Notes under the pieces: model-generated
The model's database searches: none
What the model saw: only the letters and a program-made list of their open reading frames with translations
Told to the model about the DNA's origin: nothing
Source of the DNA: Amoebophrya sp. A120
Lineage: Eukaryota; Protista; Dinoflagellata
Direction: 5' to 3'
Assembly: GCA_905178155.1 (NCBI GenBank)
Contig: CAJINV010000011.1
Coordinates: forward strand, 1,949,939-2,013,938
DNA length: 64,000 nucleotides
Shown here: positions 39,201 through 47,212 of the stretch, one piece after another
Numbering within the stretch: the first letter of the stretch is position 1
Layout: each line of letters begins with the position of its first letter
Position numbers and translations under genes: made by a program

Positions 39201-42200
39201 CGATCGTTTCCTTGCCGGTCGCCTGGTTCTGTCGAGCTCGTCCGCGAACAGCCTACCAGGCGCGAACTCAAAATGTGCCCCGGTTTGCCGTTGGGTAAAT
39301 CATCCGCTTTGCCGGTTTTCGGTCGTGTTTCTTCACTGTCCCGACCGCCCCAGGTCGGTGTAAGTAGAGCACTTTCGTGATTTTCTTCTGATTGGCAAGA
39401 CCAATACTTATCGCAAGTTGAAGTCGCTGAGCCAATGCGCGGGTGAGTCGAAACCGCTCCTCCAGGTGCAACAAGAGCTCTTGACGCGGAATTCGATATT
39501 GCTAGAACCGCCTCCGGCACTACTGAACTCTCACTGTCTCCCCATGGCGATGCGACATACTGTTCACCAGTTTGCACCGGTCGCGAGCTCGACCACTCCG
39601 TAGATCCACTTCCATTCGCAGTAACAGTGAAATCGGGCTGAGTATCTGGACAACAAACCCTTTCTGCGCAAACATCACAATGACTGGACTCAGGTCCTGT
39701 TTCACTTTCGTGGCGCATCCCAGAAAAACCGTCCACACCTTCCTCAGCTCCTGAGCCGAGTGGCAGCAATTCACTGTCGTCCTGATGCCGGTCCGACCGC
39801 TTCCTTTTCCCCCTTCTCCGATTAATCTCAGTAGCGGCTACCACGCTGGTGTCACGAACCTCTTTCTCGTTCTCAGGCGTAATTACTGCGTCGTACCCGC
39901 ACCGCGCATATCTAGGGAGAAGCCAGTAAAATGGTAAACTTGGGCCCCCGCTCGTCCCGGAGGTGTCGGCTATGTTTTCGACTGGGCAACGAAGGTCATG
40001 AACAAGCTGCCCAAAGGAGGTAGAAGACGTCTTCTTGCAGTTCGAATCTCGCATGTCGATGCTGCTTCTCCTTTTCTGGTTATGCTCTGGCGAGGATTCT
40101 GCACATGCGGTTTCTCGTCCTGTAGCGTGAAGATTACTAGACTTTCCACCAAATTCCCGCAATAATCGCGAACCCCGGCTTACAAACCAACAAAAAATTC
40201 TTCTGATGCTACTGGAAGCCATCGCTTTTCTGCACCATCGAGGCATGAATTTATGATGAAGCAGAGAGGGAGATGAGGACTTCGTCGAAGCCGCTGCATG
40301 CTGGCGCTTCGGCGTAATATGGAGATGAGGAAGCCAGTGCGTTCGCAAAAACAGTTCTTCCTCCGAGGTTACTATCTTCATCCGAGCGTCGTCAGTTTCC
40401 GTAGGCTGCGGTAATAGGTTGATGTATTTGGTGGCACAGGTCCAGCGGCCCGCACGGCGGCTCGTCCTAATTTTCCTCCACTTCCGATGCCAGTGCGATT
40501 CTCCTTTTGCTGTGTGAAATACTTTAGCCTTCCTGACGAAATCCCGCATGTTCAAAATCTCGATGTCGTGTAGAATCTTGCGTGCAGGAATTCGAAATTT
40601 TTTGGTGTCGCGGCGGGGCTGCACAGCTGCAGCGGATGCATCGACTGAGGAGAAACTCAGAGCCTCTTCTTCAACGTCGACCATTTTTCTAGTCCCTGCA
40701 AGCGCTCCACTTAGTGCCTGCACAAAAGCCATGAGCAGTGCCACTACTGCTGCTATCGCAATTTCAGCTCCACCACTCCCGGCCTTGACCGACGACTGAC
40801 GATTGCGATTAATGCGACAAGATGGCCCCTCAACGAGGTTGTTGCGCAACGACCGCACTGCACGACTCAACTTTCCCCAACGACAGAATTCATAACTATA
40901 GTTTGTAATCGGTGGACAATGCATATGCGTGGGGGAATCAAGCACAAAAACAAAATGAACATTGTTGCGGGATGCGCTCCGTCCTAGGTCAGGTCTGCAT
41001 TCAAGTCCACCACTGCTACTATGATCAGGAGCACTGCTGGGATGGTTACTAGTGCTATTGCTACTTTCTATGTGCGTGCCGCGTGTGACGTTGGACACAG
41101 CACTTTCATCAGCATGGTGCAAGTGGTAATGTGGATTCTTCTCAGAACTGTTGCTGCGAGCAAGTGCCCGCTTCAGCTCATCTTCTTTTTGTTTTTTCGC
41201 ATTGTGCTCAAACATTTTCGCACCAAATGCCGTTTTCATTTCTACCAAAAACGCAGAGGATTTTTTACCAATCATTGACCATGCTGTTTGTAGTTCAATT
41301 CTGCCTCCATCACCATCATCATACAACCCTTCGCCATCTTCCTCCTCTACTTTCTTGGTGCCGTCACTGCTTGCTTCGACAATTGCATTAGTTCTCATCT
41401 CCGGCTCGTTTCGTACCCGTTGTTCATGTACTGCATTATTTTCAATCCGATAGATCTCCGCGATAGGCCGGACTGCTGGCAAAGACGTGCTGACCACGAT
41501 TGTATTTCTTCGCGATATCGCATGTCCAACTTGTAGTAGTTTGCTTCTCGAGTAATAGTTTTGATTCTGCTGAATTAAGGTAGGCGACGTGCTGTTTACT
41601 GCTTTACAGATTTTTTTCTCCTTTGTTCCTGTGCATCCTGAATTACCACCATCGACTTCCGATTGAGTTACTGCTGCGAGCACGCTTCGCTCTCGGACGG
41701 CTTCGGCTCGGACGCGGCGGAGGGACCTGTTTTTGTTCTTGTTATTGTGCGAGAATTTCCCATGCAAATGTCCACGCGATACTGAAGAATCTGTCATGCA
41801 TGTTGGGGCAAAAAGAGTATTACCATTCGTGATTGCCATTTTGTCGGCTTTCCACTGCGGGGCGCCTTGCTTCGGATCATCGTCAACACAAACCCCACCT
41901 AGTGCACGCTTTAACTCCTCATCTTCATTCACATCACTGATGCGCGGCAGAGTAGCCCTCTGATTCTCCATCTCCTTCAACTCCTCCTCCGTGGCGAGCC
42001 CCTGCTTGAGTGCGAGGCGGTGCAAAATCAAGTTGCTGGGCTTCATCGCGTCGTTGGTCGACTGTTGTAAAAAAGAGCGATCTTCTTTGCGTTTTCCGTG
42101 GAAGTACTTGCAAGCGCTGAACAGCTGAGAGCTTTGCCGCTTTTCGGATTCAGCAACAGCATCACCAACCATCTTCTTCACCTTCTCCTCTGTCAACCCG

Positions 42201-45200
42201 GCATCATTGGTCATCTGGATCGGTTCTTTTTCTTCAGGCTCTTCAGGCATACGGCAGGACGGATGTTGCTTCACGTACCCAATGTCCCCGATGTTCATCA
42301 GAGTTTGAGCGCGAACGCGGAGCGTCGGCTTCCCCATGCGAGTGTGGCCCCACACAACTTGCCCAGCGTAGAAGGCCCGCGGTGTCAGTCCAACCGCATC
42401 ATCGATTTCACGCGTAAGGCAGGTAGCCACATCCGACGCCTTTTCGTAGCAGCTCAGGTGCGTAGAAAACAAGTCCTCCGGCGGGCCCACTGTGAAGCGC
42501 GTAATTCCCAGTCCTCCCTGCTCCGTGTCTTCTTTGGTAGCAACGCACTTCAGGATGTGACACGACGGCGGCAAGACCACAATGCCCTCGTCATTGAATC
42601 CAATGACATCTTCAACAACCCGACAGGCCGTGATGGGGATGGGGGTGTCGCGCACAACTAATCCCTTGCCCCGGCCTTTCGCTTCTTCCTTGTTCCAGTC
42701 GAATTTGAAGGCCTTGGCTTTTACCAGCGCGTTGACGATTTCGTATAGTTCCGGTAGATTTCCCTTGCCCCTGATCAAATAATCATCAAAAGTCTGCACC
42801 GCGTTGACAACAGCGATGTGCTGGACGTCTCCCATCTCGTAGGCATCACTGATCTTTTTCGCGCATTTTTTGTCGGCAAGCTCGTGGTACTCGTTGATCG
42901 ACTCCGGCGTGTCCAACCCGCCAAGCAACGCAAACCCCTTGTCCGCAGCGATTAAGAAGTTGTTGATGATTCCCACTGCGAACGCGATCCCAACATAGTC
43001 AAAGTGGATGGAAGTGACGGCCTTGATGATGTTCTGGATTGCTTCCCCATCAAAAACGTCAATCGCAATCTTGTCCATTTCCGCATCATGGATTTTGAAT
43101 TTTTCGAACATGTCCATCTGGTCGCTTAGGCGGTACGGATGCTTTTTGGTGTCGGCCAGCACTGCCCCCGAGCAGTGCTCCTCATCCTCCTTCTCAATTA
43201 CTTCTTTACTTGCTTCCACCGTTTCATCAAGCGTTTCAAATTCCATTTTTTCCTGCTTCTTCTTGTACGCCGCCACAGCAGCTGCTTCGCTCTCCTTGCA
43301 AAACGCGGATGTGATTTCTTGCAGCGAGTCACCGGAGGAAGAGGAAGAAGAACTCCCAGGCGCAGGGGTTACTTCCATAACCTTGTCATCGATGAGCCCG
43401 GCGAACATTTGGTGGAGATTGGCGCACACAACGTCATGACTGTGCTTCGCAGCAATGTGGTGGTTGAAAAGTTCTTGCACCTTCTGTTTTACTTCTGCTT
43501 TTTTCGTTTTTTCAACCTTGATGATCATGCTCTTGTTCTTGTCACCCGCGACCCACATGACGACAAAGTTACTGGCCTTGTCCGCCTTGTCCTTGTTGTC
43601 TTCAGGCGGGAAACGTCCGCTCCGCCTTGGTTTCTAAAAAGTCGCTAATTTTTCCGGCGGTTCGTTTTTTTCCGGTTCCCGATTCCGGGGAAGACGAGTG
43701 AACAAAGAAGACTCCCCAAAGAAGAAGAACAAAAGAGGCCCAAACGGAGAAGGACCAACCTGGTGGCCGGTAGAAACGAACCAAGACCCTTCCAGTGTTT
43801 GGAAGTGGATCTTCCCCACTCTGGTTGCCCAAAGACCCAAAATACACAATACCCCACCAGCGAAATCCCTCCTGACCACCGTCGCACCCCAGACATGTGG
43901 GAACACGATGAACATTTCCCCGGGTGCCCCGATCCACGTCTTCTAATTTGCCCTTCTAAAAGTTCCTTCTAATTTCATCTTCTAAAACCTTCTTCTAATT
44001 TCCCCCTTCTAAAGCCTTCTTCTAATTTCCCCTTCTAAAGCCTACTTCTAATTTCCCCTTCTAAAATGTCTTCTAATTTATCTTCTAAAAGTGCCTTCTA
44101 AAATGGCTTCTAAAATCCCTTCTAATTTGTTTTCTAATTCTTCTTCTAATTTTCTTCTAATTCTCGTCGAAATCCGGAGGAAATCCGGCTCCCCGGAGCA
44201 TGTCCGGGGAGCTTCTAATTTCCTTGTAGTGCAAAATCCCATTGGATTTTGCATTTTTGGATTTCGACGGCAGAATTAGAAGATGATTAGAAGTCCGGAC
44301 AGGACCATCAAAATGCAGGTTTAGCCGACATCTTGATGCTCTCCTTCCGAGTTCTGAAACCCCGTCACCCTCTCATCCTCCATTTCCCGAACAACATGAT
44401 GGTTGAAATTTTTCAACCATCACATTCTTCGGACCCAAAACATACACAAATATCCGAAAAAGGCGAAGAACATATCCCCATGAAAGACACAGACATCCAC
44501 AACACCACGGGGATAGGACACACCCACGCCAACCACACGGTGGAAAAACCACCCGGATATGTGTCGGCTCATCCTAGAACAAATCGACATCCCCTGCACA
44601 TCCGAGATAACCCAAAAACCTGCCGCAATTTTTAAATTTTAATTTTGCCGAACCACAAGACCATGGGTCGAGGCCCGCCGCGAATACAATCGGCGGCCGG
44701 CCCCAAGAGAAAGTGGCGGCGAACAAAATACACCCAAAATGGCGAGGGCGAGGCGTCGCCGGACGTAACGCTTGCAAACACCTACCGGGCGGGATTGCAG
44801 GCCAACGCCGGGGAATTTTTGAAGCGCCGGAAATTTTAGCGATTTTTTAACCAAGAAAACGGAGCGGGGTGCTCCCGCCTGATCTGTTGCCGGCGGGGCG
44901 GCCGGCTCACAGAGATCCCCACCCGCTTCGCCGCGTCGTCGTCCGACATACAGCGACAGGGNCCCGGATATGTGTCGGCTCATCCTAGAACAAATCGACA
45001 TCCCCTGCACATCCGAGATAACCCAAAAACCTGCCGCAATTTTTAAATTTTAATTTTGCCGAACCACAAGACCATGGGTCGAGGCCCGCCGCGAATACAA
45101 TCGGCGGCCGGCCCCAAGAGAAAGTGGCGGCGAACAAAATACACCCAAAATGGCGAGGGCGAGGCGTCGCCGGACGTAACGCTTGCAAACACCTACCGGG

Positions 45201-46574
45201 CGGGATTGCAGGCCAACGCCGGGGAATTTTTGAAGCGCCGGAAATTTTAGCGATTTTTTAACCAAGAAAACGGAGCGGGGTGCTCCCGCCTGATTGTCTC
45301 CATTTTTGTCCGGCTTCGCAACCTTCTTGTCAGCAGCAGTGCCGCCTTTGATTGTGGCCGAGGGCTTATTTTTCGGCGGCGCCATGTTGAGCGACTTCCG
45401 TACCTTCGGGAGGTCTCCTTCTTCAAATTCAGCGTCGAAGTCTATTCGTCGTTTGAGTGTGCGATCCTTAAACGCCGAGGTTGTGAGTACTGCTGTTGCG
45501 CTTGTTCTTTTCCGGTCCGCAGGGGATGTCCATAAATTTTCGTTCGTGTTTGACATGTGAATAAAAATCAATCCTATAGCGCGGCGGAATCAGAGATAGT
45601 CTGAGTGTGTTGTGGTGATTAGCAAGCGATACGGGTTCAGATTGTACACAAGTATTTTCGATTCAGATAGCAGTAGACAAAGAGCAAGGTAGTAGTAAAT
45701 CTTAAAACTTCAAGGCAGGTGAGAAATCGCTACGACACCAACACGGCTAATCTAGGGTGGAGGTTGTGATCGTGATCTCACGCAGATCTTGTTATTTCGT
45801 TGGATTTGCAAATTAGATTTTGTTGAAGCTATTCACTTTTTTTCGTTCTTTCGTGTTTTTGATTTTGTAGTGAGGTGCAGTATATCTATCGTTATTTCCG
45901 TGTTGGTGATAATGTCAATAAATCTTAAGCAAGTGATCTGGTAAAGGCTAACGTTTCTGATCTACGTTGTCGCTGTGGTGATATTAATACTCTAAGACCC
46001 CCCCCTCCCACCAGTAGGCGAGGAGAGAATTTCAAGGGTGCCTTGAGCCAAAAAGTCAAGATAAAGACCTGTTCACCGAATCTGTCATGCCTTCCAGACC
46101 TCCTAGTGTGCCTCCCTGCGCCATCGGCCACCTGCATGACACGTTTTATTGCACCCTTCCAGACTTCTCAGATACAGATGACAAATATTTGCATTTCACA
46201 CTCGTGCTGCCGCTGCCCTCTCTACTACTAGTACTCGCTTCTCCCTGTTCCGTCGAGAGGTGCGCTTTGGCAGCACTGATCGCCAGCTGCTCCTCGGCTT
46301 GTTTCGTCCCGGCGTGAACACTTGTGCTACTCCGACTTGAGAGTTTATCTTTACTCCGGCGGTTGGCAGAGGTTCTTCGTTTCCGTTTGCTATAATTTTG
46401 CGTGGAAGTAGATTTGTTTTTTTGCAAGGAGTGCGTGAGTGCCGCGGTTGTAGAGCTGCGTGGTCCCGCTATCATGTGGAGGGAAATCAGGCACGCGCCG
46501 ACGGACCGTAGGACCCGCAGCCGGTGGAGGGACTTCTTGCTGATATCTCGCGAGAAGAGTGCAGGTGGAGTCAT
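21202..46574 (-). CDS. Giant 29-exon gene (~1873 aa): low-complexity N-terminal half, Thr-rich mucin tracts, Cys-rich, WSC-like and PAN/apple-like modules, C-terminal degenerate MsrB-like domain
   Basis: Hand splicing of 26 TIR introns (element plus one TSD removed) and 2 GT-AG introns (26202-26462, 23531-23701) gives 5622 nt, divisible by 3, from ATG 46574 to TAA 21202. Motifs YVGCWYD...CHKYC...DYCSC (WSC-like), CGAMCWIYPSCVA...CVLY (PAN-like), HYGWMVF...HLGYNIPDD...RYYVNLVCVAG. Confidence 0.75.
21323..21575. mobile_element. Introner family B
   Basis: Family B TIR; TSD GTCGC. Confidence 0.9.
22027..22359. mobile_element. Introner family G
   Basis: Family G TIR; TSD GCCAG. Confidence 0.88.
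22429..22582. mobile_element. Introner family F
   Basis: Family F TIR; TSD GTTCC/GCTCC. Confidence 0.85.
22849..23101. mobile_element. Introner family B
   Basis: Family B TIR; TSD AGCAG/AGCAC. Confidence 0.88.
23220..23469. mobile_element. Introner family B
   Basis: Family B TIR; TSD CTGTC. Confidence 0.92.
23809..24060. mobile_element. Introner family B
   Basis: Family B TIR; TSD CCGTC/CCGCC. Confidence 0.88.
24500..24773. mobile_element. Introner family B
   Basis: Family B TIR; TSD ATCCG. Confidence 0.88.
24912..25217. mobile_element. Introner family B (degenerate)
   Basis: Degenerate TIR; TSD CGCAG/TACAG. Confidence 0.78.
25267..25475. mobile_element. Introner family E
   Basis: TIR TATC....GAAAAAACTGTTTCACTGTGA; TSD AACTC. 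Confidence 0.92.
25490..25760. mobile_element. Introner family I (single copy here)
   Basis: TIR T.T.AC.TGCTCA...TTACA.TCTCAAACGTT; TSD TCATG. Confidence 0.82.
25893..26148. mobile_element. Introner family B
   Basis: TATGCAT ends; TSD GCAGC. Confidence 0.88.
26544..26823. mobile_element. Introner family C (left end TGT)
   Basis: Family C TIR; TSD GAAAT/GAAAG. Confidence 0.88.
27183..27474. mobile_element. Introner family B
   Basis: Family B TIR; TSD TGGTG/TGGTT. Confidence 0.83.
27583..27809. mobile_element. Introner family H
   Basis: TIR TATC.T..GAAAAAAGTGTTACAGT; TSD CATGT. Confidence 0.9.
27919..28205. mobile_element. Introner family B
   Basis: Family B TIR; TSD GCCAG. Confidence 0.9.
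28305..28557. mobile_element. Introner family B
   Basis: Family B TIR; TSD GTTGG. Confidence 0.92.
28610..28884. mobile_element. Introner family B
   Basis: Family B TIR; TSD CGGGG. Confidence 0.92.
28970..29178. mobile_element. Introner family G
   Basis: Family G TIR (right end GTA); TSD CACTC. Confidence 0.85.
30613..30888. mobile_element. Introner family B, diverged TSD
   Basis: Family B TIR; flanks CGCCC/CGGGT; removing element +5 nt still restores frame. Confidence 0.8.
30989..31202. mobile_element. Introner family E/H-like
   Basis: TATC..AAAA..GTG.AAGTGTAA TIR; TSD TTCAG. Confidence 0.88.
31362..31613. mobile_element. Introner family B
   Basis: Family B TIR; TSD ACTTC. Confidence 0.92.
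31701..31911. mobile_element. Introner family H
   Basis: Family H TIR; TSD CCTGC. Confidence 0.9.
31948..32227. mobile_element. Introner family C
   Basis: TIR TATCCTGAGTAAAAACGTACCCACACCA; TSD AACGA. Confidence 0.93.
32295..33240. mobile_element. Introner (G-related) enlarged by a nested insertion
   Basis: TIR TATT.CAATGAAAA.TGCCCC; TSD TTCTT. Confidence 0.88.
32467..33083. mobile_element. Unknown ~617-bp insertion flanked by a 20-bp direct repeat, nested in introner 32295-33240
   Basis: TGCAGCCGGGCCTGTCATGT at 32447-32466 and 33084-33103. Confidence 0.55.
33760..34012. mobile_element. Introner family B
   Basis: Family B TIR; TSD GCCTT. Confidence 0.92.
34316..45556 (-). CDS. Retrotransposon polyprotein (3080-aa ORF 34316-43558, extended to ~3180 aa when element 43602-45293 plus one TSD is removed)
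   Basis: APE ~38650-37650 (LSCVNMCG, DAIMLSE, GGDLNAHIG, SFDHSAI); RT ~37130-36000 (IPLYKGKG..NYR, FGFRAG, IDLRKAFPSL, GTKEGCVSSPLLF, LLFADD); C-terminal Zn-finger-like motifs CIPC..H..H and CRHC..H..C. Confidence 0.9.
43602..45293. mobile_element. Non-autonomous TIR DNA element inserted in the retrotransposon ORF (true length probably ~1.28 kb)
   Basis: ~60-bp imperfect TIRs starting TCAGGCGGG; 6-bp TSD TTGTCT (43596-43601, 45294-45299); internal CTTCTAA array; contains an N and a 331-bp exact duplication. Confidence 0.85.
43940..44220 (+). repeat. CTTCTAA motif array (~12-13-bp period) inside the TIR element
   Basis: Roughly 20 copies of (C)TTCTAA with variable spacers; inverted TTAGAAG copies near 44275-44293. 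Confidence 0.9.
46042..46053 (-). other. Relict dinoflagellate spliced leader (3' 12 nt)
   Basis: Minus strand reads TTTTGGCTCAAG, identical to the 3' end of DinoSL (DCCGTAGCCATTTTGGCTCAAG), and abuts the retroelement TSD. Confidence 0.85.
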
Positions 46575-47212
46575 CGTTGCCAAGTCAAGCTGACACTTCT
46601 ACACGTCAAATATGAATAAAACACACACACGAGCTGCACGATCAAAACCAAAACCAAAGCCACGAAAACACGAAGAGAAAATAAATACAACCTGACGTGC
46701 GCTGGCGCTACGTGTAAGAATCAGAGTTAAGCACTTCCTCTCCTATCTGTGTATGCGGGACACGACCCGCTTCTGCCCTCAGACCTCAAAACCTCGCCCC
46801 TTTTTTTTATTTTCATCGCGCTTCCTCATTTGACTGCTTTTTATTCAATCTTCACTCGGCGTTCGCAAGTACAAGCAAGGACAACACAAGGACAAGCAGC
46901 TTGGGCGTGCACTATTTGATAGGTAACTGCAGCAGCCCCTTCGCCATGCACTTCTTCATCAGGGTCGCATTGAGCGCCGCCTTCCTGGCATTTCATTGCC
47001 CGCTCAACAAAGGTTTCACATTTTATCGTGCTTCTACATCGATCTGCAAGAAGAACTTGCGTTCTGAGTTCGCGTTGATTCCCGAGCTGTAGTGCTGTCA
47101 AGAATTTATCTAACATCGTGTCAAGAATTAATCTCTAACACACTTCATCGCTGGCTTCCAAAAGCTTAGTAGAGAGGAGGGTCAATCTCGATGTAAAAAT
47201 ATTTCGTCCTCA

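Larger units (their letters stand above)
34259..46053 (-). mobile_element. Apparently full-length non-LTR retrotransposon (APE endonuclease + RT; RTE/CR1-like architecture) with a 5' spliced-leader relic
   Basis: Flanked by direct repeat AGTCA (34254-34258, 46054-46058); 3' tail (TAC)5 at 34259-34273; 5' end TTTTGGCTCAAG; encodes APE and RT domains; splits an introner into two halves. Confidence 0.9.
34078..46200. mobile_element. Introner family B split by the retrotransposon (12.1-kb predicted non-canonical intron)
   Basis: TSD CTCGT at 34073-34077 and 46201-46205; halves 34078-34258 and 46059-46200 reconstitute a ~323-bp element; host frame GSGST/RVDAT preserved. Confidence 0.85.

Noticed and set aside
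34316-43558. Group II intron, retron, DGR or Penelope-type reverse transcriptase
   Set aside because: An APE endonuclease upstream of the RT, a microsatellite 3' tail and a TSD indicate a non-LTR retrotransposon.
43940-44220. TTCTAA array as a telomeric repeat
   Set aside because: It is not a TTTAGGG/TTAGGG tandem, has variable spacers and lies inside a TIR element.
44552-45293. Exact 331-bp direct duplication (44552-44882 = 44963-45293) suggesting an LTR or tandem element
   Set aside because: The copies are separated by an N at 44962, and the first runs into unrelated flank (44883-44961). This is most likely a scaffolding overlap artefact; long reads would settle it.
45050-45571. Separate ORF1 of the LINE
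   Set aside because: Its N-terminal ~90 codons join the long ORF in frame after removing the TIR insertion; the remainder is read-through into that insertion.
46042-46053. SL RNA gene
   Set aside because: Only 12 nt match, the rest of the leader is absent, and the following sequence leads into the retroelement 5' UTR; I could not recognise SL RNA intron features.
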